From Macrostomum lignano (lineage: Eukaryota), in contig NIVC01000831.1 of assembly GCA_002269645.1 (NCBI GenBank), positions 1-64,000 of the forward strand: 64,000 nucleotides of DNA, in the 5' to 3' direction. This document shows positions 34,101 through 46,000 of this stretch, piece after piece; the first letter of the stretch is position 1, and each line of letters begins with the position of its first letter. The notes under the pieces are model-generated. The model made no database searches. It worked only from the letters and a program-made list of their open reading frames with translations, and had not been told where the DNA came from. A program made the translations under genes and the position numbers.

Positions 34101-35149
34101 GTTGTGATGGTGACCCCATTTAAGAGAAACAGACGTAAACGTTTCCATTGAATAATCTGTCTGCACGACGGTCTGTCTGTGTGTCTGTGTGTCTGTCACA
34201 TCTGTTACAATTTACAATTCCACAAAATACCCCAGGCGTTGAGAACCTGGACTCGGGCGTCGGCGTGTACGCCCCGGACGCGGAGGCGTACTCGGTGTTC
34301 GCTGACCTGTTCGACCCGATCATCGAGGAGTACCACGGCGGCTTCAAGCGCACCGACCGGCACCCGCCGTGCACGCTGGGAGACGCCAGCGAGTTCGGAG
34401 ACGTGGACCCGGAGGGAAAGTACGTGGTATCCACCAGGATCCGGTGCGGCAGGTCGCTGAGAAAGTTCCCGTTCAACCCGAACATGACGGAGGGGCACTA
34501 CAAGGAGATGGAGGATCTGGTGTCGGGCACTCTGAAGGGCATGACGGGAGAGCTGAAGGGCACGTTCTACCCGCTGACCGGGATGACGAAGGAGGTGCAG
34601 CAGCAGCTGATTGACGACCACTTCCTGTTCAAGGAGGGCGACCGGTTCCTGCAGAAGGCGAACGCGTGCCGCTACTGGCCTACGGGCAGGGGCATCTTCC
34701 ACAACGACAGCAAGACGTTCCTGGTGTGGGTGGGAGAGGAGGACCACATGCGGATCATCTCGATGCAGAAGGGCGGCAGCATCAGGGAGGTGTACGGCAG
34801 GCTGGTGAAGGCGGTGAACGAGATCGAGAAGCGGATGGAGTTCAGCCACGATGACCGGCTGGGCTTCCTGACGTTCTGTCCGACGAACCTGGGCACCACG
34901 ATCCGCGCCTCGGTGCACATCAAGCTGCCGCGGCTGTCGGCGGGAGGCCAGGAGGCCCTGCAGCGGGTGGCCGACCGGTTCCAGCTGCAGGTGCGCGGGT
35001 CCGCAGGCGAGCACTCGGAGGCCGTGGGAGGCCTGTACGACATCTCAAACAAGGAGCGCATGGGCCTGACGGAGTTCGAGGCCGTCGGCAAGATGTACCG
35101 CGGCATCGGCGAGCTCATCAAGATGGAGAAAGAACTCGAGGCGAAGTGA
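22119..35149 (+). CDS. Four-domain arginine (phosphagen) kinase, about 1456 aa, 6 exons
   Basis: Exons 22119-22135, 22527-22726, 22806-23885, 26819-27898, 30142-31221, 34236-35149; all GT-AG and in frame, total 4371 nt. Each domain has [48 protein letters not shown]. The 17-nt first exon is the least certain part. Confidence 0.9.
22806..23885 (+). CDS. Arginine kinase exon 3 (1080 nt: C-terminal part of domain 1 plus N-terminal part of domain 2)
   Basis: tccag|GC GTG acceptor and CAG TCA G|gtgata donor; phase 1 at both ends. Confidence 0.93.
24143..24283 (+). mobile_element. tRNA-derived SINE with CORE-like domain, arginine kinase intron 3
   Basis: A box tagtctagtgggtagag, B box ggttcgattc, then gtgtgcttgagcaagacacttaac...ttcagttcaccctgctgtaaaattgg, which resembles the CORE consensus as I recall it. 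Confidence 0.65.
24285..25906. repeat. 23-bp minisatellite (tcccagtgagagtcgccccacat)n
   Basis: Direct tandem array; 23-aa periodicity in the minus-strand ORFs. Confidence 0.96.
25945..26652 (-). mobile_element. Degenerate, internally deleted mariner relic
   Basis: Frameshifted fragments [35 protein letters not shown]; terminal sequence cgaggggcactacgaaagtttc preceded by TA at 26653-26654 on the minus strand. Confidence 0.85.
26819..27898 (+). CDS. Arginine kinase exon 4 (1080 nt: domain 2 C-part plus domain 3 N-part)
   Basis: cttcccag|GC GTG acceptor and TCA G|gtgagt donor; near-identical to exons 3 and 5. Confidence 0.93.
28420..29580. repeat. Compound minisatellite with a 72-bp higher-order unit (26+23+23 bp), arginine kinase intron 4
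   Basis: Three related subunits starting tgatgtgtct recur in fixed order; 72-nt periodicity seen (for example 28681 vs 28753). Confidence 0.92.
30142..31221 (+). CDS. Arginine kinase exon 5 (1080 nt: domain 3 C-part plus domain 4 N-part)
   Basis: cttcccag|GC GTA acceptor and TCA G|gtgagt donor. Confidence 0.93.
32325..34125. repeat. 15/16-bp array (tgtgatatttcgggt)n with inverted copies at its left end, arginine kinase intron 5
   Basis: Main array about 32420-34105; inverted units aaccgaaatatcacaaacccgaaatatca at about 32345-32375. Confidence 0.9.
34236..35149 (+). CDS. Arginine kinase terminal exon 6 (domain 4 C-part, ends KELEAK*)
   Basis: cccag|GC GTT acceptor; the only repeat copy with an in-exon stop codon. 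Confidence 0.93.
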
Positions 35150-37031
35150 GCGGCCTGGCTGGATTGAAGTCTTCAAGATTCCAAGATTGACTGCTGTAAC
35201 GGCTAAATGCGAGCTTTGAAGACTGAAACTGTTAACACATGTTCATTTCTCAATCAAAACATTTCCTTCGTAAGCAAAGTTTTCTGTTAAATTTACACAT
35301 TCTGAAAAAAACTATAGTTAATTCTGGAATATTTGAATCTTTATTTAGGTAAATCATTAAAAACTGAGCTGCAGTAGCATTGCTATGCCTAGCCTTTATA
35401 GTTTCTCGTACACTCTAAATTAAAATTTATACTCAACGCACACGCAGATAGAAGTCTTGTTTTTTTCTTGTTTCCTAAACTTCTACTTTAAATAGTGTTG
35501 TAGGTTTTTTGTCCTCTTTATATTAGCAGTGACTCATTTGAAAGTTTTTTGAAAACGTAGTTTCTGTTTCAGCTAAGTTCATAATCTGTTATAGTAATTA
35601 ATGTCTCTTTTAGCACAGGTAAATAGAAATGGTTAGAGTAAATTTCTATTCTCCGTTCTCTAAGTAAATTATAGCTACTTAAAGTAATATATAATCATGC
35701 GCCTAGCTATTTTTGTTTAAATAATCAAAATATATTGTATAACATCGTAACACAGTTTCACTGTTTTGTTAATTTGATAAAGACGTCGCGAGAAGTTCTG
35801 TAACTCTCAAAATTATCGACATGTTGTGGCTTGCTTTTGGATTTAAGGATTACTTTGAAGGATTTGGGAAGCGCCGTAATAATTGGCGACAGTCGAGCAG
35901 CAGACAAGAGAGTGGACCCCTGAGCACGCACATGTATAATGTATAGTGCCTAGATTCTCGAGACATTCTCGTCATCGCATGTACATGTAATGTACGGATA
36001 TGTTATTACATGTATATGTATGCGCTTTGGGATTCATCCTCTGAGCAGAGGTGTTGACTCGCGCTACAAACGCTAGTATAGGTAGAATAAATGCGAACGC
36101 ACAGTGAAAAGGAAACCAGGTAAGTCTGCTGCGAGAGTTCAAAAGAATTGTATTACTTTTACTACCGTACGGCTCGTCCGTCTGCCCTGTCAATTTATGT
36201 ACTTTTGGTTTTGATTAATTTTTATGATACACTTTTGTTCGTTTGCTCTATGCTAAAAATGGCTAAAAATGAGTTGTCTCCGGGTAACTCATTACCAAGG
36301 TGGGTATCTGTGGTTTATTTATTTCAGAAATGATACCATTGTTGAACCAAGGACTATATAACTAAGTGTTCCTAGTGGTCCTTGTGTTGAACTTTTAGTT
36401 CTTCGAGCATGATAAGTTCAATAAAAGCTGGGCAACATATTGTCTTAAAAAGAGAGCCAAAAAAGCAGTGCTATTTTTATTTTATGTAGTTTCGTAACAG
36501 CTTTACTTACGGCATTTCTGTTTTCAATTAGAAGTAAAAAGATGGCCTTTTATAATATATTTTGTTTATAATATAATGACGCATTTTAAATGCTTGTTTC
36601 GTGATTTTGCAAGAAATGCAGCTTTCTGTATTGTAAATGCCTAGCGCCGTGGCGCTTTTAGTTGTATGATTGTATCCTATATGAATGAGAGATTATTTTT
36701 ATGGTTATTATTTTGCAAATAATTCTAACCAAAGAAATTCATATATTGACTCTTGACTGGAAAGTCAAGCCTACTACTACTAGTTGGCAGTTGCCTTCCT
36801 TCAGCGTTCAGCTTCAGCCTAAGCTTAGACTCAGAGCTCTGCTGAGTCAGACTGTAGTGTAGGCCTCTAGTCGTGTGTGTAGGCACTGACTGCCTATAGC
36901 AAATCTGTCATAACTCTCAGTGCTTTCACTATCTAGGATAAGCGGCCTATGCAAAGGAATTTTTGTTAACCTAACCTTTATTGGTAAGAAATTAAATTCT
37001 AGCTTGTTTACTTTAATGTAAGCAATTTAAT

Positions 37032-40000
37032 ATGGGACGCTTAAAGGATTTCTTTGAAGGCTGCAAGACAGGAAACATTTCTATTGTCACAGAGCTCATC
37101 AGCACCCATAAACAGAAGAATCCACTACTGTGAGTCAGCCTAACAGAGCCTTAAGTCCTATAATTGATCATTTTTATTATATTTCATTTTAATCATCATT
37201 AATTTTATAATATACAATTACAACTATTGAGATTATTTGGATTTTAAGATTCCTAAGCCTATCAATTATGAAATTTAAATAGGCCTAATCTATTAAACAT
37301 AATTAATTAATGTCATAATTAATAAGTAATTAATGATAATTTGATGCAAGTAGTTTCGGAGAATTATATGTTTGAAAATTAAACTTTTTTAGAATCATGG
37401 CTTTCAAAGGTAAATATTGTCTAAAATTATTATAAATTATTGCAAGAGACAGGGGCGCCCACCAAGAGACAGGGGCGCCTACCAAGAGACGGGCGCCTAC
37501 CAAGAGACAGGGGCGCCTACCAAGAGACAGGGGCGCCCACCAAGAGACGGGCGCCCACCAAGAGACAGGGAATTGTAAAAAACATTTAGGAGGTTAAATT
37601 TTTAACTCTAATAAAAGGAGTGTCTGTTCTAATTTATCTTCACTCAGTTTGTTATAGTGCCTCAGGATGCTACGTCAAATTAGTGTTTTTAAAAAAATGC
37701 TGACTCACAGAATTTGCCACCACTGCCCTCGCCTCCTGCTTTTGATTTGCTATTGTTCTCCCATGCTTGTGACTAGCTGTACATTCTTTAAATGTTTATG
37801 TATACTTAATGTCTACTAATCTACATTGTCTTCTCTATTCTGAAAGGTAATTATAGCTGCTGATTAGAGGTCGGACGGGATTGAAATCTTCGGGCGGGAT
37901 CGGGATCGGGAATAATTTTTTTCTCAGGATCGGGATTCGGGAATCGGGATCAGGTCTTTTAGTGTATTGTCCATGTAAAGTTAAACAAAATTGAGAAAAG
38001 ATTGTCAAGATCAAGAAGTAAAACACAACGAAATTGATATGAAGTTTTGTAACCAACAAAGTAAATAATGTAACAAGTACAAGTTAAAGCAAAATACCTT
38101 CAAGTAATCACTAATTCTATAAATTATTAATCAAAAGACCTGTTCCCTAATCTCGAGTTTTTTAGGGTTGGGATTCTGGTCCCACGGGAATTCAATTTTC
38201 CTTGGGATCCCGAGATTTTGGGATCGGGATCGGGATCCCGTCCGACCTCTACTGTTGATATCAATTACTTTGATAAGATTATAATTTTTCTCAATGGAGG
38301 TGTTTGATAACTTGCTGAATGTTTTATTTAAGCTTCATTACATTTCTACTCTGGAACCCTTAGTCTCCGAATTTATCTACCTTAATCTACAATAGACCCC
38401 CATGCCTCTATTGAAGTTTAGGTAGGTAAAATCAATCCCGATGAAGATTCTCCCTACCCTAAACCCCCATTCCCTATGTCCTAATGGTTAATGGTTATTG
38501 GCCCACCCCCCCCCCTCATCAGACCCCCCTTAGGTTTAGAATTTACCTACCTAATCTTCAATAGATCCCCATGCCTCTATTGAAGTTTAGGTAGGTAAAA
38601 TCAATCCCCATGAAGATTTTCCCCACCCTAAAACCTCCCATTCCCCATGTCCCAGTGGTTGGTAGTTATCAGCCCACCCCCCTTGTCAGACCCCCCCCCC
38701 TCATCAGACCCCCCTTGGGTTCAGAATTTACCTACCTAATCTTCAATAGATCCCCATGCCTCTATTGAAGTTTAAGTAGATAAAATCAATTCCCATGAAG
38801 ATTCTCCCCACCCTAAAACCCCCCATTCCCCATGTCCCGGTGGTTAGCTTTAAGCTACAAAAAATTAAGCTCAAATTTTAAATCAGCACCATAAAAAACC
38901 CCTATAGAGACAAAATTATGATCCTATCAAAACTGCAACTATTTTATCTACCTAAAGTTCAAGAAGTCCGGGCTGTTGTTGCCCGGCACAGTGTGTCTGC
39001 CAACCAGAAGGGCTGTCGTGCAAAGAGGGCCAGAGGTCTGCTGGACTAGGTGAAGTCCCATGGTGGATTTGTGCACATCTTCTTGGACAAGAAGCTGTTC
39101 ACCATTGATGCTGTCGTCAACAGGAGAAATGATCACTCCATCATCTCTGGGCCAGTGTCAGAGATCCCAAGCAATGTTTGAGTGATTCAACATTGCAAGC
39201 ACCCTGCCTCGGTGATGTTTCTGGGTGTCATCACGTCTGATGGCCAAAAGTGCCCTCCAATCTTCATCGAGGCTGGTGTGAAAATTAACTTGGCAACGTA
39301 CCAGGAGCTGCTGAGGACACGAGTCTTGCCCTGGTTGTTTTTAATAATTTTAATAATTTTATTTTTTTATAATTTGTTTTTGTTTATTTGTAAAAAGGTT
39401 ACCAAATCATGCTTGGGTGCAACCTAGGGATTCACCCAGCCATTTCTATTGGAAATATACACATATAAGTTGCTATTGGACCGAATATTAGTCACGTGAC
39501 TGCTCTCAGTCAATAGCAACTTACATGTGTGTGTGTGTGTGTGTGTGTGTTGCCAATAGAAAATGGCCAGGGTATTCCCAAGGTTGCACATGTATGTACC
39601 AAATGGTATTAGTATAGTCAGGAAAGTGGCTTAGGGTATCCAGTCAATCCAGCAACAAGATAATCCAGCAATTGTCAATTTGGTGATAGGCCTAGTCAAT
39701 CCGGCAACAAGGTATAGTATAAGTAAAAGCTATTTAATCAACTATTTAGCATTTATAAAGATTATTAGTGCTATACTATTCTTATTTTGGCATTCTTTCA
39801 GTTTACAATTATCTCAGAGTGACCATCACCATTTAAAATAATTGTATTCTAAGACATAAAAACCAATTATGGTTTCAAAAGAAAAGAAATCAAAAGTTGG
39901 CAAACTAACTTTATTTATTTCAAAAGATGGTAAGATTGTTGTAGCTAGTATATCACATTCAGGTTGCAATCATCCAAATATTCATTTTTAATAAATTGAT

Positions 40001-43000
40001 TATAAACCAAAGCTGGCTGCAAAACATGTGTCAAATATGACAAATTGTCACAGAAAACTGCTGCTCATTCTAGATCAAGGGCATCAAAATCCCCTCTCAC
40101 CTTTGCACCCCCTACCCTTCCCTCAACTTTGGTTTATAATCATTTCCACACATGCACTCCACTAAAATGATTATAAACCAAAGCTGGCAATATGACCTCT
40201 ATCATAAGTGCATGTGCTAAAGGCTAAACAAACACAGATTTTTGGTCAAGCTAAGTATTGAGTTGATACTTGGTGCTTATGTCAAGTAGTCAAGAAATTT
40301 CAGTAATTTGCACATTTTTATGTAGCATTCTCTATAGTCACACTATCATAGTATCATTTCATAAAAAGATTTATATGAATATATTGTATTATAAACAATT
40401 TATATATTTTTTAAAATGTTTTTGATACTTAAGTTATTAAGAAATAATAAATTTGTTTATATGGGTCATTCCACAAGAGTTTTTTTTTACTTTGACTTTC
40501 TAACAATTAATTCTATGAAACAAGGGCTGCAGCACTGAGTTTTCCAGCTGAGTTGTGATTGCCAAATATGACATCCATATCTCCAGGAGTGTCCAGCAGT
40601 TGTCACAGCTTGTTAGCTGGCCAAATTCTTGTACAAGGATCTAAAGAAAAAAGTGATAATATTTCTAGTTAGTGTTCTATTCAGTTTTTGTATAAAAATA
40701 CCAAGATGTGCGCAACAATAAAACTTATACAATTGTTACAAAAGAAAAACGCCATGCTAAAATTTCATTGCCATTTTGATATTTCCTATATTAAAAAGCA
40801 TATTTACCCCATATTATCTATATATGCATAATTAAAAAATACTAAAATTTCTCAATTTGACTTGAATAAAATTTCTCGATAGTCAATTAGTTGAAAAAAT
40901 AGTCAATTACTTGACATGTCAAGTACTACTTAGTCAAGTACTCGTTCGGCCTCTAGTATGTGCATTACATACAATATTAATTTTAACCTAGCTTTGGTTC
41001 ATAATAATATCTATGTGCCTTGCACATTCAAATGATTCTATACCAAAGCTGATATTCAAACATCATCTAACAAACTGTAACTTTCCCATTAAATTTTGGG
41101 TATTTTTTTGTCAGCCAGTTTTGAACACGCCATTTTTGCACTGCAATGAGCAAAATATAAGGTGATTGTAAACTAAAACTAGCAATTTTTAAGTCTTTGC
41201 TTCTCAAATATTATTAAAAGGAAAAAGACCCTCAACAATTAATTGCTTAAAAGCTTTTACATATTTATATAGTTCACATGTAGCAACAAATAAATGAATA
41301 TGAAATACAATTCATATAAGGCATATTTGTATTACATAATAAACAGCTTTAAGTTTAAATTAGTAGTAAAATTTAATTACAATTACAACAGTAACTTTAA
41401 TTTGATTAAGTTCTGGGGTTTTTTCGTCCATAACTTGGGTGCAATTTCGCACCCTGTGCTAGATTTCAAGGTGCAATTTTCAAGACCAGGATGTGCTGCA
41501 CTGCTGCCGACAAAAACTGGTCTAACATAACACTACTCGATGTCCATATCACTAAATTGTGAAATCCGCATCACATCCTTGCAAAAGATTCTGGTGCGCT
41601 TTTTGCATCATGAGTCAAATTTCAGGGTGCAATTTTTAAAACCAGGATGCTATTCTCACCCATTTGCACAAATAACCCAGATTAAGTTACATTAGGAGTA
41701 AATTCAAATTATAACCAATAAATTTTGCATTATAATGATATAGAAACATAATATTGTAACAATAAAACAACAAGAAAACTAGAGATTGGATAAATACCTT
41801 TATTGTGCACAAGCATAACATTTTGTGATTTCATTTTTGTTATACATGAATATAATTGTGATCATGAAAATGATTTTCATATTATATACATATATTACAT
41901 TAGATACAAAATATACACATTAAAACAAAATAAAGTAAAAATATGTGAATGTGCTCTTAGACTTGGATAAAGAGTTCAAACTTGCAAGATTATTTGTTCT
42001 ATTCTAACTCTTGGAATATATATTAAGACATATTTATTTGGTTTTTAGCTTTTACAAATCATATATTATGGCATAACTATTCAAATGTCAAGGCTAAAAT
42101 TACAAGTATGATTACATTTAATTATATATCATAGAGTTTGTTTGGGATACTTCGGGTGTGTCATAAGTAATGTCACTGCAGGCTTCTGTCTAAAATATGT
42201 AGGCACATGGACTTGTGGGTAGCGTAGCTGCAAAGTATACTTAGTGAAGCAATAGCAGTGCATTTGAGACGTGCATAGGTTGTTTATGGCCCAAGCTATC
42301 GCAAGAATACGCCAAGCAGATTTAGCAAGTGCAACGCGATGAAAAATCATCTATGCAGTGAACAAAAATCACCATGAATCTCGACATGACGCCTGCACCA
42401 AGCAGATCCGCAAGGTGTTTAGCAGCCGGGGCTTGAATGACATCCTAAACTGCCTGGTTGCTGAGGATGAAAGCTGGCTCCACCTGGATGGCAAGGGCAG
42501 CAAGGCAGATAATCGCTGCTGGTTGGGAGCTGGGGACTTCAGGCCGATGGTGACTAGGAAGTCCATCTTGGACAAGAAGACCATGCTGCTGGTAGCCTTC
42601 ACGCCAAACAAACGAGTCTCCATCTGCACAACTCCACCGAACACCAAAGTCGATGGCCAGTACTTTATCGACTTTGTCCGGCACACTGGGGACCTCTGGC
42701 GCAATCTCCGGTCAAATCCATGTCACCTGGACGAGGTTCTGTGGCAGATGGACACTGCACGGCCGCACACCTGTAAGGCTTTTTCGAATTTTCTGCCTGC
42801 ACGGCAGTCGGCAAGTGAATATGCTCTGACAGTCCCTACAGCCCAGACTTCAACTTGTGCAAAAGATTCCTGTTCAAATGGCTGAAGGCTGAATTTTCCA
42901 AGAAGAGTTTCGCAAACCATGAAGAAGTCAAACAGGCCGCGTTGCACTGGTTACGGCAGTTGGAGGAAAAACACCTGTAGGCTGAGGTGGACAGGCTGTA

Positions 43001-46000
43001 TGAGCACTGCCAGAGGGTGATTGATATTGGGGGACTCTATGTTGTTGAGTGGTACAGTTTTGTTCATCTGCGATTGCAAGTTCGTCTGTTTTCACATCAG
43101 TGACATTACTTATGACACACCCGAAGTATAAGTCATATTTGTAGTTTTATGAAAAAAATTACACAACTTCTTTTAAGAAAACTAGGACCATTTCCACAGT
43201 ATAATAAGTCACATGAAAATCACAGTCATGGCTAAAAAATGATTAAACTAGATGCTCTGTCAAGTTATCATTACAAATTGTAAGCTTTATCTTAGGCCTG
43301 AAATGTTCCTATTGATCGTAGCTTTAAAATATAATTTATAATAGAACATACCCGACATCATTTTAGGCAGAAATTATCTGGCAACATCTTAGACTCAGCG
43401 GAGGATGGAAAGAGAACTGGCTTACTACTGGCTGCCAGGCACAATCACCTGTGAGTATTATTGGGTTTTTTATCCTTCTGTTAAAACATTCCTAAATCGC
43501 TATGCTCTCCACCCTACCGCATCGCGCATGCAGCATCTGCGTCAAAGCTCTGGTGGACGCCGGCGCTAATCTGTACTCACGTGACGAGACCGGTTGCACA
43601 GCGCTGCACTACGCCGTTTGGAATGCCAACTCCGAGATGGTGGCCTACCTGCTCACCGAGGACTCAAAGCAGAAGTCTCAGCTGGTGTCTATGGCCGCTA
43701 CTAGCGAGTCTAATAATGGCGCCACTCCTCTGCACGTTGCCTGCCAGCGAAATCTGTCAGATATTGCCGCCTATCTGCTTCGGTGCAATGTGAGTGAGGC
43801 TTGGAGATGGGGAAGAGACTAGGGAGAGGATTAGGAGATGGGGAAGAGACTAGGGGGAGGATTAGGAGATGGGGAAGAGACTAGGGGGAGGATTAGGAGA
43901 TGGGGAAGAGACTAGGGGGAGGATTAAGAGATGAGGAAGAGACTAGGGGGAGGATTAGGAGATGGGGAAGAGACTAGGGGGAGGATTAGGAGATGGGGAA
44001 GAGACTAGGGGGAGGATAAAGAGATGAGGAAGAGACTAGGGGGAGGATTAGGAGATGGGGAAGAGACTAGGGGGAGGATTAGGAGATGGGGAAGAGACTA
44101 GGGGGAGGATTAGGAGATGGGGAAGAGACTAGGGGGAGGATTAGGAGATGGGGAAGAGACTAGGGGGAGGATTAGGAGATGGGGAAGAGACTAGGGGGAG
44201 GATAAAGAGATGAGGAAGAGACTGTGGAGAGGATTAGGAGATGGGAAGAGACTATTGAGAGGATTAGGAGATGGGGAAGAGACTAGGGGGAGGATTAAGA
44301 GATGAGGAAGAGACTAGGGGGAGGATTAGGAGATGGGGAAGAGACTAGGGGGAGGATTAGGAGATGGGGAAGAGACTAGGGGGAGGATAAAGAGATGAGG
44401 AAGAGACTAGGGGGAGGATTAGGAGATGGGGAAGAGACTAGGGGGAGGATAAAGAGATGAGGAAGAGACTAGGGAGAGGATTAGGAGATAAAGAAGAGAC
44501 TAGGGAGAGGATTAGGAGATGGGGAAGAGTCAATAGACAATGGAGAGGATTAGGAGATGGGAAGAGAATATGGATAGGATTAAGAGATGGGGAAGAGACT
44601 AGGGGGGAGAGGATTATGAGATTGGGAAGAGACTAGGGGAGAGGATTAAGAGATGAAGAAGAGACTATGGAGAGGATTAAGAGATGAAGAAGAGACTATG
44701 GAGAGGATTAAGAGATGAAGAAGAGACTATGGAGAGGATTAAGAGATGAAGAAGAGACTGTGGAGAGGATTAGGAGATGGGAAGAGACTATTGAGAGGAT
44801 TAAGAGATGAAGAAGAGACTATGGAGAGGATTAAGAGATGAAGAAGAGACTGTGGAGAGGATTAAGAGATAAAGAAGAGACTGTGGAGAGGATTAAGAGA
44901 TAAAGAAGAGACTATGGAGAGGATTAGGAGATGAAGAAGAGACTATGGAGAGGATTAAGAGATAAAGAAGAGACTATGGAGAGGATTAAGAGATAAAGAA
45001 GAGACTATGGAGAGGATTAGGAGATGGGAAGAGACTGTTGATATTAGAAAGGGGATTCTAAAGAGAGGTAGGGGTTAGACTTGAAAAACGAAATGGAAGA
45101 TACTTAAGCCTGCAAATCCAGTTACAGCAGATTAGAGATTATCTCGATCTGCCAATTCCAGGCCAGCCCACTGGTTACCAACGCTGCCGGTCAGACCGCC
45201 TTTGACCTGGCCTGCTCAGGCGGTCACTCGGACACAGTGGCCGTTCTGCTGCCGGCCTGTCGCGGCTTCCTAACCGAAGTGGTCAGCTTCACCGATTGCT
45301 CACCTCTGGAGGAGGCCGCACGCGGCGGTCACGCCAATGTTGTACAGCAGCTACTTGAGGCCGGATTTCGCGTCAACGCTAGGAGCGGCTGCGGCGACGG
45401 CAGTGCGTCGGTAGGCGGCACGGCGCTGCACGCGGCTTGCGCTGGACTTCGGCATTCCACTGTACAGTTGCTGCTGTCGGCCGGAGCCAACCCAGCTGCC
45501 AGGGACTGCTCAGGCAGGACCGTTGTGGAACTGCTGCAGTCGTTTGGCTCCCCTGAGCACCTGCGCCTAGCCGAAGATGTCGCCTGTCGGGCCGAACTAA
45601 ACAGCAGTCGTCGAGATTCGAAAGCCACCGCCACCACCGGCGCTCAGCAGCAGCCACCGCCGCCGCGACCTCCGCCGCCTCGGTCTCTACTGGTGGGCGA
45701 CGACAGCGAAGAAGGTCGTTCGGCATCGCCAACACCTACTCCAAGGCCAAGATTATCCGCCCAGTTGCAGCAGCAGCAGGCAGCGCCTGTACCAAAACGA
45801 CGCTCGATGCTTGGCGCTAACAGCTTGCATGGTCCAGCTGATTCAACAACTTCGGCTGCCGGTCAAATGCAGCCTTCAGCTCGGCCTCGCCAGCAGCGCG
45901 CCACTATCATGCTGTTGCCGCCGTCAAAGGCGTCAACTGGTGTTCAGCCTCCGAAGCGCCCTCCGCCGCCTCCGCATCTTCGCGGATTGACATTCAACGA

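Noticed and set aside
22823-35121. Long antisense ORFs over the kinase exons (326, 339, 355, 269 aa)
   Set aside because: Shadow ORFs expected from very GC-rich codon usage; no recognisable domain, and they are repeated only because the exons are.
22808-35149. Four separate tandem arginine kinase genes
   Set aside because: The ORF-track starts are GTG or intronic codons, the first three copies end at splice donors after running into the next domain, and only the last has an exonic stop. One spliced gene explains all junctions.
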